Shown: in pieces, positions 38,003 to 51,792 of the stretch
Layout of the letters: every line of letters starts with the position of its first letter
How positions within the stretch are numbered: the stretch's first letter is position 1
DNA from: Squalus acanthias
Taxonomy: Eukaryota
Length of the DNA stretch: 64,000 nt
NCBI GenBank assembly: GCA_030390025.1
Contig: CM059432.1
Span: forward strand, 65,102,001-65,166,000
Direction of reading: 5' to 3'
The notes under the pieces: model-generated
Seen by the model: only the letters and a program-made list of their open reading frames with translations
Told to the model about the DNA's origin: nothing
The model's database searches: none
Made by a program: the position numbers and the translations under genes

Positions 38003-38117
38003 TAAGTCACAAAAGGGCTTTTGGGCCTACTTTTTCTATTTAAATTTGACTCATGAAAAATATTTGCAGTGGAATAAAACACAAAGAAAAAACAGTATCA
38101 AAAAGGTAAAACGATGT

Positions 38118-38741
38118 GGCTTGGATATTAACAAGGGCGGGATATATACCCGGAAATCTAAGTTTCCCCGCATGCTGTGTTTTTGTACTTGACAGGTTTC
38201 TCACCCAGAAGTCAGCCTGATTGACAGGCTTGGCTTCCAGATGGGCGGGGAGGACTCTGGAGGCAGGCCGCAGGACCAGGTAGGTCCGATGCATGACTTG
38301 GGAGGGGGCTGGCGCGGGTCCGATTCCAAACCCAGGGTGGGGGTTTCCGATCATCAACCCCAGGGCCCTTTGTATGGGTGGGGGGAGCTTGGGGGGCCAG
38401 GGAGAAGCATTCCTGCTGCTCCTGGCCCACAAGCAGTGCTGTAAAGGCATTTACCTTCTCTCCAAAGCTGTCCTCGCCTCCCTTCAGCTGCCGGGTTTCC
38501 CAAGGCCTGGGAAACCCAGCTAGCCACTGTTAAACCAGCAAAGCACGTTAAATCAAAGGCTGCCAGCCTGAATAAAATATTTAAGTTGCCAACCCGCTTC
38601 CTAGGAGTGGGTTGGTTGCCCGTCGCTTGTCCTGCCTCTATTAAACCCAGAATTGGGCAGGTTGGAGGCAGGTTGGGGTTGAGTTTGAGATTTTTTTAAA
38701 TTTTAACCTCTGACCCATTTTTGCATGTTGAAACCCAGCCC
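38118..38741. mobile_element. Harbinger-type MITE (family B)
   Basis: Shares cagcctgattgacaggcttggcttccag and the right-end block with 31000-31821. Confidence 0.75.
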
Positions 38742-39689
38742 AGTCTCCATTTACAAGTCTTTCTGCCAAACTTCTCATTTGTTTACTTACATATAACAGA
38801 ATCATCTGTTAAAACAGACTTAGACATGGGATACGTACAGCAATAATACTTTATTCCCAAGTACTTATCTTGCAGTTTCCACCTACCTCCTCATTCTAGT
38901 GTGTTCTTCCCTATAACCAGTCTCCTCCATTCTGTACTGACTCACCCTTTCCTTACACTCATTCAAGACTCCCCACTGCTGTTTACTTGCATTACACACA
39001 ACTGCCCTGTAAGTCCTTTTTTTATGAGGCACTGCTGTCAGCTCGGAGGTTTGTTGGGGGCATAAAAGCTCATAAAATCAGAAGCATGACTTCAGTGCCC
39101 AATTCACAGCAGGCTGGATTTTGTGGAGAGTCGCTGGCAAGTGCAAGCCTCATTCCTGTGGAATAATTACTCAAATAAGGTTCCAGGCCAAATTTCACCA
39201 AGTTTACGTGAGTTGCACGCTGGCATTCACCTCGCCTATACTAAATGGGCACATAACTGATCCAAAGGCCTGGCCACCTTTAAAGTTACGTTGTATTTTT
39301 GGATAATTAAGCAAAAAATAACTTACTTTATAACTTTCCATTTGAGTCCTGGTGAATTTTGTAATTAGCATTTATTTGTTGACTTTGCAAATTCCCCATC
39401 GCCAGCAAATGGCACTGCTGGTCAACTTTCCTGCAGCTGGTTTTTCTACATAGGGAGCTGATTATAAGAAGCAGGAGGGGCTAGCCTCAGAATATAGGAA
39501 GGCCAGTGCTCCTTACTCCCAGCACAGGCACAGTCATGTTATGGCGAACAGTCCTAATTTGTTGGAGTCTTAAAATCAGTGCTAGAACTTTATATCATAA
39601 CTTACCCTATATCTCCCTTTCTGAAAAATGTTCTGATAAATGATCTTCCTCTGAGAACTAGTTATAAAGCCATCAATTTTGGAGATACT

Positions 39690-40481
39690 GGCCGGAATTT
39701 TAATTTGAAGGCGGGTCGGGAGCGGGGAGGCTAGAAAGTAGTTGGGAAACCCGGGAGGCAGCAGAAAGGAGGGAGGGTGAGGAGGGGACAGGTGGGGGCC
39801 GGGGGCCAGAGGATCGAGGTCGGAGGAGCATCAGGGGGCGGTGGGGGAGTCCAGGAAGGCAATCAGGGGCTGTAGGGGGGATCGGAGGCCTCGGGGGTGG
39901 GGGCGGGGGAAGAAATTGGAGGCTTCATGGGGGAGTAATTGGAGGCCTCATAGGGGGGTATCAGAGGCCTCAAGGGGGGAGTTGGAGGCCACGAGGGGGG
40001 GGGGGGTGGATCGGAGGCCTCAGGGGGCATGATTGGAGGCCTCGAGGAGGGGTTCGGAGGCCTCATGGGAGGGGTTGGAGGCCTTGTGGGGGGGATTAGA
40101 GGCCTTGGGGGCTGGGCGTCCGATCATGGTGGGTGGGTGAGGCAGGGATGCTGGATCCAGCAGGTAAGTGTAAAGGCACTTACCTTCTGGATCCAGCAGT
40201 CCTCGCCTTACTTTAGCTGGCGCGTTCCCCAAGGCCTGAGAAACCCGATCAGCCAGAGTTAAATTTAAAATGGTGGTTAAATCTGAGGCACGCAGCCTCA
40301 ATAATATTTAAATGGGCGACTCCCCTCCTGAGAGTGGGTTGGCTGCCTGTCTCCCATCCTACCCCCGTTAAAACCGGAAGTGGGCGGATTGGAGGTGGGT
40401 TGGGGTTGGGATTCAGCTTTTTAACACTTTAACTTCCACCTGACCCCAACCCATCTGTTTTTTGGGGTAAAAATTCCCCCT
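39690..40481. mobile_element. Harbinger-type MITE (family B-related) with internal G-rich repeat
   Basis: Ends GGCCGGAATTTTA ... AAAAATTCCCCCT, TSD ACT; GGAGGCC-Gn units at 39880-40110. Confidence 0.75.
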
Positions 40482-43400
40482 ACTGACAGGTTCCTGGCTC
40501 TTGTACAGTGATGCAACTCTTAACGTTGTATAGAAAGAACTTGCATTTTTATAGATCTTGAAAACAGGCAGCCAGCAGTTGAAAATCAGGGGGCACCTCA
40601 GCCACTGCATTGACGCCCAATGCCTGCCTGATGCAATTTTCATGCGGGGTTGTAAATGGGCGACCAACACGCCTGCCTGTTTTAACAGGAGACTGCTTAA
40701 ATATGCAAATCAGGTCCTACACTGGTTGTCGGACGCTGGTTGCAATTATTAGGTACAAATCGGTGGAGCATGCATAGACCATTGTACCAGTTAAAAGGAC
40801 TGCTGGATACTGCTCAAAAAACAGCTGCAGAAATGTGAAATTTTTCATTTTTATTTTTGTGGAACCCATCCTCCCGGCCCGAACTGCCAGCTGGATTAAC
40901 ATAGGAACCGTCCGATTTCCCAGTCTCCCACAGCCATCGCGCTGTAGTGGGGCACTCACTTGGTGCCTGCAGTTCGCCAGTGGCATTTAAATGAGGCCCA
41001 AAGCTGAAAAAGGTTTGTGCCTCCCGATGCTGGCTTCAGGCAGGCAACATGGTTGTTCTGCCAACTTCACATCCGTTTCGGGCAGAAGTCTAAAATCACC
41101 TCCCTTATCTCATTTGAAAGGCAACACCATTGACAGTGCAGCCGCAGTATCGACCTAGATTATGTACTCAAATCTTGGAGTGCGGCCCCAACTCACAACC
41201 CCTTGAATCAAGGCAAGATCGTTACCAACTGAGCAAACTTGACACTTGGTTCCCCTCCCCACCCCCCACCCCCCCCGCCTTGTTTTGTTCAGTTCTAAAA
41301 AGGAACCTGAATATTTCTCAGTTTCTGGTTCTGATGAAAAAATGTGCACCTGAAACATTAACCCATCACTTCCCTCTTTAGATGCTGATGGACCTGCTAA
41401 TTATTTCTAGCATTTTCCATTTATAATTCAGTTATCTCATGGCAGCCAGATGTATCGCTGTTGCGCAAGATGTAGCTTTTGGTTAATCGAGTGATTTCTA
41501 TATAAGATACAGAGTAGTCTCCAGTCAGGAGATGTATACCTCATTTCAATTCAAACAGTTCCAATATTCTGCTCTGGCAGAACAATAAGAATCATAGATT
41601 TGGCTGTGTTTTTCCTCCTCTGTATAGCTGGGACAGCTCCTGGTGATTTTTTTCAAGTGACGAGCTCAAGCCTGGCCACCATATACTTTACTTAACTCAG
41701 TCTCTGTATTTTGTAATCTTTTAGTGTCTTCCATGTACGCTGTCCAATATTTCATAGTGCATTATGAGTACATTTTAAAAAGTAGTCCATCTGAAACCAT
41801 AATTTTCTCTGCCATGGCCCAGTATAGCATCAGTCTGCCATCTAGCTTTGATTTTTCTCACTATTCCTGTGTATGTTTACCATGATCAGATAGCAAATCT
41901 CATCTTCTTGAAATCTATTCCTCACCTCCAGATGCTGATTTGAGCAGCCAGAATGATTTGAAAATAACAACCACATATGAATTTGTCTCTGTTAAAAATG
42001 CCCACCCAGGGTAGCATCCTCCAAAGATGGCAATATACCAAGCTTAGCACGTGATGGTAACTACAATGAATGCCATCTACAGTACCTGGAAAAAGATGTG
42101 GGAGAGGCAGCACACTTTAAGAAATCAGGAAAGCTAAGATTAACTAACAGTATCTTGGACTTGGTAGATGGCACATGTTGGCACAGGTGTTGCCCGTCAG
42201 CCTGTTCCACCTTTACTCTCATCCATGCCAACCTTTCACACAATCTTACAATTGTTTCATTGCATTTCATACACACCCATAACTCAGCAGGATGCAACGT
42301 CAAAATGCAACATATAGTTAGTTTTGCCAGATTTATATCTTCCAAGGGCTTCAGGTTGGATGCATGGCAGCAATCAGTAACACCCTACACTTTGGGAAAT
42401 ACACCAATGTAGTGATATTGGCCATGGATGTGGGAAAGGAAATAAAAAGGCTGGCCATGCTGACCAACAGCTTTTTGGTACATACATGGGCTGCATATGA
42501 CCTGATATTGCAGTACTAGACAGGAATGAACCAATAGGCATAACAATTGAGCACACTGATGATCTTGCCAACCACTGGTCTTGTTCCATTGTTGGAAGTT
42601 TGCTGCAGGTGTCCTTGCTCTGTCCTGCTGATCTGTAGCAAGTTGAGAATTGTACTTGGTGTTCATTTAAATGTTTTTACATTAAAGCTGAAACTTTAAT
42701 GAGACTCATGTGGGAAATAGCATGAGCACTTCAGCTCAGTAATAACAAAAGAGCAGGGAATTGCAGCCGAGAAAGATTTTGGCTCAGGGGCTTCATTCTT
42801 CTGCTTCAGTTGTACTACTGCTCCCCTAAGACAGGACTGGAGAACCTGCCATACATTTGCTACCTGTGGGAACATTTTCAGAATAAAAAGAATGGCACAG
42901 GATAGGTAGGCTGCATCTAAATCAGATAGGAACAGAGACTTAGGAGGAATATTGATGGAGCAATTAAAAATTATTTGAACTAGATAGGCGGGGAGGGGCA
43001 AGGAGGTAATTGGATCCTAAAATGGACAGATCATAGGGTAGAAGGTAGTCAACAGGTAGACATGGACACAATAACCAAAAGTGACATACATGTACCAGAG
43101 CCCAGGAAAAAGCAGACATTGGGAGACATGAAAGAAGGGAAATCTATATTAGGAAGCTTATATATAAGTAGCAGAAGCATTAGAAATAAGATGGCAGAAC
43201 TGGAGGCTGGTATGGCAGTAGAGAACCATGATGCGCTGGGAATATCAGATACATGGCTAAATGCAGAGAATGGAAATGAATTTTATATTCAGGGGGTTTG
43301 AGTGTTTGGGAAGAACAGAAGGGACAGAAAAGGAAATGGTGAAAGTCATAGTGCCCCTAGGGGATGATGACCTCAGAATGATCAAATTTAACATGATATG

Positions 43401-43913
43401 GATTTAATCATACCAAAGTCCAGGACCCAGGTTTTAAACTTAAAAGGGCTAAATTTAAAGAAATGAGGGAACAATTCAAAGAAATGCATTGGAGCAGAAT
43501 GTTTCAGTGGAAGAAAAACGCCTTTAAAAGAATCATGCAGGACAAGTACATACCTAAGGTCAGCACTCTGAAACTAAACAAACATGGCCCTAAATGGATT
43601 AATAAACACATTAAAACTGAACTAAAGAGGAAAAATGACATGAACAAATCTTGCAGGGAAACATGGGAAGGGGTTTACTGAGACAAATACAAGATCACAC
43701 AGAAACATATCAAAATGTTGGTCAAAGTGACAAACGGTGAACTAGGAAAAAGAAAAGCTGCACAGGCAAAAATGTAACAGAAGAAATATATTTTAGCGCT
43801 ACAATAAAAAGAGAACTGTCAGAGAAGAGGTGAGAACGTTAATAAATGCAAATTTGCTTGAAACTGAAGATAAGCACAAGATCGTAAATCTTCTGAATGA
43901 TTACTCACTCAAA

Positions 43914-45469
43914 GGTCTGGATTTTGCCAGTGCTCAGAGGGCAGGTTTGGAGGCGGGTCAAAGGTTAAAATCGTTTTGATTGATGGCAGGTCGCGATCCC
44001 GCCATCAACCTGCCTCCAAACAATTTTCCCAAGTGTCAGGTCCCTGATTTGCGCATGGACACGACACCTAGCGGCGGGAAGAGGATTAAAGGCAATTGCC
44101 TATTAACAGGTAGTTGCCAGTAGTTGACAGGCTCTTTTTGAATTTTGCCGCTTCTGGCTCGGGTTTCCCGATGTCCGGACACCACGCCAGGTAAGTGTGG
44201 TGTGCTGTGTGTCTGCTGTAATGTTTCTGGATTGATGACAGCTGCAGAAGTGGTGTGAAGGATCCAATGTTGCACTGGTAAGTCTCAGAGGTAAGAAAAT
44301 GTTGGGAAATGCATTTTTAATACATTTACACATTTCTTTAGGTTACAAGTTTTGAAATCCATGGCCAGTGCCACCTCATTGGGAGAACCTCTATCATCAG
44401 TGACAGATCGCTTCTGTCACCTCACCTGCAGCTGCCATCTATTCCAGCCTATGGAGGGAGTCATTGGAGAGCCTGGGTGCAAGAGGTCACCTTTGTACAG
44501 TGATTGTTAGGGCTGGATTTTGAAACTGGGGCAGGTTGGGGTCGTGTCATCCACTTTTCATGTTATCCACCCGACTGCAATTGGATGTGGGAGATTTTCA
44601 CCTAATTGGGCAATTGAGTTCCAGCATGTGGGAACCCATGAACCACTTAATGTTTTTAGTCTGAAAGTCACCTCTGATGATGTCATCATTACTGCTGCAT
44701 TGAAGGTCTTCAGAGACTGCCTGGCCTTTGCTGTGAGAGGACCTGGATGCAAAATGAGCAGCAGCAGTCGAGAGAGAGAGAGAGAAGCAGCAGCAGCCAC
44801 CCTAGGTCTGCTCCCAGATATTTTTCCTCCTCCTACTACTACTACTCCGTTGTAATAGTGGACCTGCAGCTGATAGTCAGCTTTCGAAATGTGTTACCGC
44901 CAGGTTTCACATTCGTGGTTCAGAACAAGCGTGCTTCACGTAGAACAAGGGTTAAAATCACAAAGGCCTTTCAAAATGGCATTATAGAGCCAATTTAGTG
45001 CTTGTTAAGGGCCTCAACAGCCTATCCCGCCTCTTAAAGGCGGGACGGAGTCGGGACCAGCTGACACGATTTAATGAAAATTGCGTGGAGGCGGGATGGA
45101 GGTGGACTTGTGCCCGCCTGCCAGTTTTCGCAATTTTAACCCCCCACACGCCTCCAAACCCGCCTCCACGGGTCAATGAAAATCCAGCCCTTAGTGTTTG
45201 CAGCACCTCAATGCTGTCAAACACTGAGAAATCAGCTGTCAAAAAAAAATTGTACGTGGTCCCTTTAAGAAAACTGGCAGATGACGCGTCATCAAATGAT
45301 GTCATCTGACTGGCTTCCTCTTAATTGGCCGGCAAGCCCGCAGGGCGGGCTTAACAAGATCAATCAACATAAAATCACGTCTATGGGCCGGATGCAGTTG
45401 GGGGCAGGACTGGAAGCCAGAAACCACCTGGCCCGCACCCAACCCGCCTCCATTGATAAAATCGCGGCC
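43914..45469. mobile_element. Harbinger-type MITE hosting a family A MITE, inside an old CR1-like relic (~43100-47560, +)
   Basis: Ends GGTCTGGATTTTG ... AAAATCGCGGCC; interior resembles family C. Confidence 0.7.
44510..45190. mobile_element. Harbinger-type MITE (family A)
   Basis: Perfect TIR GGGCTGGATTTT, canonical TSD TTA (44507-44509, 45191-45193). Confidence 0.9.
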
Positions 45470-48045
45470 ATAGTATTCAAAAGAGAATACATGAGTTAAA
45501 CGTCATTCCCAAAAAAGAGTACCAAAGCAAAATTTAGGATGTCAACATACATGAGTAGGAAGTCCAAGACAAGCTGAAAGGACTTCAAACAAATGAATTG
45601 CCACAGTTAGCTGGTCGAGCAAGGAGATTTGTGTGTCACTGACAATCATTAGGAGGTGTCAGTGGACCCTGGGAAGGTACCAATAGATTAGAAACAGGCT
45701 AATGTGATATCCATATTGAAAAACGATGACAAAACAGACAGGAAACTACATAGGCAACAAGATGCTGGAAATCTAAAATATAAACAGAAAGTGCTGGAAA
45801 TAGTCAGAAAGTCAGGTAGCATCTGTAAAGAAACAAAAAAAAGATGTTTCAGGCATAACCCTTCATCTGATGTTTCCAACAGCTCCCGGTTAAGCAATGC
45901 CTCGAATTTAAAATTCTCATCCTTTTTTTCAAATCCCTCCAAGGCCTTGCCCCTCCCTATCTCTGTAATCCCCTCCAGCCCCACAACCCCCAGAGATATC
46001 AGCGCTCCTCTAATTCTGGCCTCTTGAGCATCCCTGATTTTAATCGTTCAACCATTGGTGGCCGTGCCTTCAGCTGCCAAGGCCCTAAGCTCTGGAATTC
46101 CCTCCCTAAACCTCTCCGTCTCTCTAGCTCTCTCTCCTCCTTTAAAACCTACCTCGTTGACCAATTTTTTAGTCATCTGCCCTAATAACTCCTTATGTGG
46201 CTTGGTGTCAAATTTTATTTGATAACGCTCCTGTGAAGCGCCTTGGGGTGTTTTACTATGTTAAAGGTGCTATATAAATACAAGTTATTGTTGTTGTTGT
46301 TTTGTTTTAGGCAACTGCAGACCCATTAGTCCTACTTATAATGGTAACAATTATCAGGAGTAAATTTGAGGATTATCTGTGCAACAACAACCTAGTAAAC
46401 AGCAGTCAACATAGCTTTAGAAGGGAAAGATCCCTTCTGACTAACCTTGTTGATTTCTTTGAGTAGGTGTACACCAAATCAATGGTAGTAAACCCTATGA
46501 TGTTGTGTGCCAGGGGGGTGAATTTCCATTGGGGTTCTCCCACTTGTCTGCGTACCTTTGGTGGAAGAGCTGTGGAAACCGCAGAATAACACTAGACTTC
46601 AAAAAGGCACTTGAGAAAGTTCCACACAAAAGGTTACTTGTTAGGCTGAGCACTGCGTGGATTCAGGGAAAAACTTTGGAATGGATAAGAAATTGGCTGA
46701 AGGGTAGAAAGCAGCAGGTACTAGTTAGAGAGGATTAATGTCAGGATGGGAGATGGGTATTGAGTGGAGTGCCCCAGGGGCTCAGTGTTGGGACCATGAC
46801 TGTTTCTAATTTACATCAATGGCTTGAGGGGGAATTTTAACTTCCTCCACCTGGTGGAAATCAGGTAGAACAGGAGTTACAACAACAACTTGCATTTATA
46901 TAGCACCTTTAACATAGTAAAATGTCCCAAGGCGCTTAAGATGGAAGAGCTAAGATGGATGCAGTATCCTTAGCGTTCGATTCCTGACCTTTAGCCATTT
47001 TAACACTACTGATTTTTTTGAGTGGCAGAGGCACCCACGTGAGTCAGGTCGAACTTCATAATTTTATGCAAATTGGGATCCTATCACTTAGATTGAACAC
47101 TGATACAAGTTTAAGGCCCCGCTGAGTGGGGCCTTCACCATGGGCGCCACACTCAGTAAAGCTTGGTGAGTAGGAAGCGAAGGTCCTGTCAGCTAAAGTT
47201 TTCTTTGTGGGTCTGGAGGAGCAGTAGGGTAGGGTCGTTACCATTTCCTCTGATAGGGGAATCCAGAACAGAGTCTTAAAATTAAAGCTAAGCCAGTTAG
47301 AGATGAAATCAGGAAGAATTTTTACAGACAAAGGGTAGTGCAAATCTGGCATTCTTGCCTCTAAAAGACTGGATGCTGGATCAACTGAAATTTTCAAAGG
47401 CCGAGATCGACAGATTTTTGTAAGGCATGGGTATCAAGAGATATGCAGCAAAGTCAGATAAATGGGGTTGAGGTACAGATCAGCCATGATCTGATTGAAT
47501 GGTGGACAGGCTCGAGGGCTGAATGAGCTACTCTTGTTACTATGGTCCTATGTTCCATTCACACAACCTGAGAGTGAAGGGAGTAGAATCCAGGACAAGT
47601 GTCCACTGGGACAGAAGTGAGTACATAAGAACATTAGAACATAAGAAAAAGGAGCAGGAGTCGGCCATTTGGCCCTTCGAGCCTGCTCCGCCATTCAATA
47701 AGATCATGGCTGATCTACTACCTCATCTCTACTTTCCTACACTATCCCCATATCCCTTGATTCCCTTAATATTCAAAAAATATATCGATCTCTGTCTGAA
47801 TATACTCAACGACTGAGTCTCCACAGCCCTCTGGGATAGAGAATTCCAAAGATTCACCACCCTCTGAGTGAAGAAATTTCTCCTCATCTTAGTCCTAAAT
47901 GGCCGACCCCTTATTCTGAGACTGTAACCTCTGGTTCTAGACTCCCCAGCCAGGGGAAACATCCTCCCTGCATCTACCCTGTCTAGCCCTGTAAGAATGT
48001 TATATGTATCAATGAGATCACCTCTCATTATTCTAAACTCGAGAG

Positions 48046-50508
48046 ATTATTTATTTTTATTCATTCATGGGATGTGGGCGTCGCTGGCAAGGCCAGCATT
48101 TATTGCTCATCCCTAGATACCCTTGAGAAGGTGGTGATGAGCTGCCTTCTTGAACCGCTGCAGTCCGTGTGGTGAAGGTACTCCCACAGTGCTGTTAGGG
48201 AGGGAGTTGCAAGATTTTGACCCAGCGACGATGAAGGAACGGCAATATACTTCCAAGTCAGGATGGTGTGTGACTTGAAGGGTAACTTGGAGGTGGTGGT
48301 GTTCCCATGCGCCTGCTGCCCTTGTCCTTCTAGGTGGTAGAGGTCGCGAGTTTGGGAGGTGCTGCCGAAGAAGCCATGGCGAGTTACTGCAGTGCATCTT
48401 GTAGATGATACACACTGCAGCCACAGTATGCCGGTGGTGGAGGGAGTGAATGTTTAAGGTGGTGGATGGGGTGCTAATCAAGTGGGCTGCTTTGTCCTGG
48501 ATGGTGTCGAGCTTCTTGAGTGTTGTTGGAGCTGCACTCATCCAGGCAAGTGGAGATTATTCCATCACACTCCTTACTTGAGCCTTGTAGATGGCAGAAA
48601 GGCTTTGGGGAATCAGGAGGTGAGACACTCGCCATAGAATACCTAGCCTCTGACCTGCTCTTGTTGCCACAGTATTTATGTGGCTGGTCCAGTTAAGCTT
48701 CTGGTCAATGGTGACCCCCAGGATGTTGAAGGTGGTGGATTCGGCGATGGTAATGCCGTTGAATATCAAGGGGCAGTGGTTAGACTCTCACTTGTTGGAG
48801 ATAGTCATTGCCTGGCACTTGTGTGGCGCGAATGTTACCTGCCACTTATCAGCCCAAGCCTGAATGTCGTCCAGGTCTTGTTGCATGCGGGCATGGTCTG
48901 CTTCATTATCTGAGAAGTTGCGAATGGCACTGAACACTGTGCAGTCATCAGCGAACATCCCCATTTCTGACCTTATGTTGGAGGGAAGGTCATTGATGAA
49001 GCAGCTGAAGATGGTTGGGCCGAGGACACTGCTCTGAGGAACTCCTGCAGCGATGTCCTGGGGCTGAGATGATTGACCTCCAACCACCACAACCATCTTC
49101 CTTTGTGCTAGGTATGACTACAGCCAGTGGAGAGTTTTCCCCCCGATTCCTATTGACTTCAGTTTTACTAGGGCTCCTTGATGCCACACTCGGTCAAATG
49201 CTGCCTTGCTGTCAAGGGCAGTCACTCTCACCTCACCTCTGGAATTCAGCTCCTTTGTCCATGTTTGGACCAAGGCTGTAATGAGGTCGGGAGCCAAGTG
49301 GTCCTGATGGAACCCAAACTGGGCATCAGTGAGTAGGTTATTGGTGAGTAAGTGCCACTTGACAGCACTGTCGACGATACCTTCCATCACTTTGCTGATG
49401 ATTGAGAGTAGACTGATGGGGTGGTAATTGGCCAGATTGGATTCGTCCTGCTTTTTGTGGACAGGACATACCTGGGCAGTTTTCCACATTGTCAGATAGA
49501 TGCCAGTGTTGTAGCTGTACTGGAACAGCTTGGCTAGAGGCGCGGCTAGTTCTGGAGCACAAGTCTTCAGCACGATAGCCGGGATGTTGTCGAGGCTCAT
49601 AGCCTTTGCTGTATCCAGTGCGCTCAGCTGTTTCTTGATATCATGTGGAGTGAATCGAATTGGCTGAAGACTGGCTTCTGTGGTGGTGGTTATCTCAGGA
49701 GGAGGCCGATATGGATCATCCACTCGGCATTTCTGGCTGAAGATGGTTGCAAACCCTTCAGCCTTGTCGTTTGCACTCACGTGCTTGACTCCACCATCAT
49801 TGAGGATGGGGATATTCATGGAGCCTCCTCCTTCCGTTAGTTGTTTAATGGTCCACCACCATTCACGACTGGATGTGGCAGGACTGCAGAGCTTTGATCT
49901 GATCCGTTGATTGTGGGATCGCTTAGCCCTGTCTATAGCATGATGCTTCCGCTTTTTAGCATGCATGTAGTCCTGTGTTGCAGCTTCCCCAGGTTGGCAC
50001 CTCATTTTTAGATACGCCTGGTGCTGCTCCTGTCATGCTCTTTTATACTCCTTATTGAACCAGTGTTGGTCCCCTGGCTTGATGGTAATGGCAGAGTGAG
50101 CGATCTGCCGGGCCATGAGGTTACAGATTGTGGTGGAATACAATTCTGCTGCTGCTGATGGCCCACAGTGCCTCATGGATGTCCAGTTTTGAGCTGCTAG
50201 ATCTGTTCTGAATCTGTCCCATTTAGCACGGTGGTAGTGCCTCACAACACGATGGAGGGTGTCCTCAGTGTAAAGATGGGACTTCGCCTCCACAATGACG
50301 GTGCGGTGGTCACTGCTACCAATGCTGTCATGGACAGATGCATCTGCGACAGGTAGATTGGTGAGGACGAGGTCAAATAGGTTTTTCCCTCATGCTGGTT
50401 CTCTCACTACCTGTCACAGGCCAGACTGGCAGCTATGTCCTTCAGCTCGGTCAGTGGTGCTACCGAGCCACTCTTGGTGATGGACATTGAAGTCCCCCAC
50501 CCAGAGTA
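48046..50508 (-). mobile_element. 5'-truncated LINE (second CR1/L2-group family) nested in the CR1
   Basis: NYHPISLLSIISKVME, QFGF, AFDRVWH, GVPQSSVLGP, FADDCT; the host CR1 rejoins as ctaaactc..agagaatataggcc. Confidence 0.88.
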
Positions 50509-51792
50509 CAGAGAATATAGGCCTAGTGTACTCAATCTGTCCTCATAGGACAATCCCCCCATCCCAGGAACCAGTCTGGTGAACCTTCATTGCACTCGCT
50601 TTATGGCAAGTATATCCTTCCTTAGGTAAGGAGACCAAAACTGTACACAATACTCCAGGTGTGATCTCACCAGGGCCCTATATAATTGCAGTAAGACGTC
50701 TTTACTCTTATGCTCAAATCCTCATGTAATAAAGGCCAACATACCATTTGCTTTCCTGATTGCTTGCTGTACCTGCATGTTAACTTTCAGTGATTCGTGT
50801 ACAAGGACACCCAGGTCCCTCTGAACAACAACATTTTCCAATCTCTCACCGTTTAAAAAAATACTCTGCTTTTCTATTTTTCCGACCAAAGTGGATAACT
50901 TCTCATTTCTCCACATTATATTCCATTTGCCATGTTCTTGCCCACTCACTTAGCCTGTCTATATCCCCTTGAAGCCTCTTTGCATCCTCCTCACAACTTA
51001 CATTCCCACCCAGCTTTGTATCATCAGCAAACTTGGATATATTACATTTGGTCCCCTCATCCAAATCATTGATGTAGATTGTGAATAGCTGAGGCCCAAG
51101 CACTGATCCTTGCGGTACCCCACTAGTTACAGTCTGCCAACCCAAAAATGACCCGTTTATCCCTACTCTCTGTTTTCTCTCCGTTAACCAATCCCCAATC
51201 CCATGAGCACTAATTTTGTTTAATAACCTCTTGTGTGGCACCTTATCGAATGGCTTCTGAATATCCAAATACACTACATCCACTGGTTCCCCCTTATTTA
51301 TTTTGCTAGTTACAACCTCAAAAAACTCTAACAGATTTGTCAAACACGATTTCCCTTTCATAAATCTATGTTGACTCTGCCCAATCCTATTATTATTTTG
51401 TAAGTGCCTATTACCACGTCCTTAATAATAGATTCTAGCATTTACCGTACTACTGATGTCAGGCTAACCAGTCTGTAGTTCCCCGTTTTCTCTCTCCCTC
51501 CTTTCATAAATAGTGGGGTTACATTTGCTATCTTCCAACCTGCGGGAACCGTTCTATAATCAATGGAATTTTGGAAAATGACAACCAATGCATCCACTAT
51601 CTCTATAGCCAACTCTTTCAAAACCTTAGAATGTAGGTCATCAGGTCCAGGGGCTTTCAGTCCCATTAATTTCTCCAGTACTACTTTTTTACTAATACTA
51701 ATATCTTTCAGTTCCTCATTCTCACTAGACCCTTGGTTCTCCACTATTTCCGGGAAAGTTTTTGCGTCTTCTTCCGTGAAGACAGACACAAA

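Noticed and set aside
41930..42440. Additional Harbinger transposase relic on the minus strand
   Set aside because: Only a weak GTVDGIH motif is visible; too decayed to list as a supported feature.
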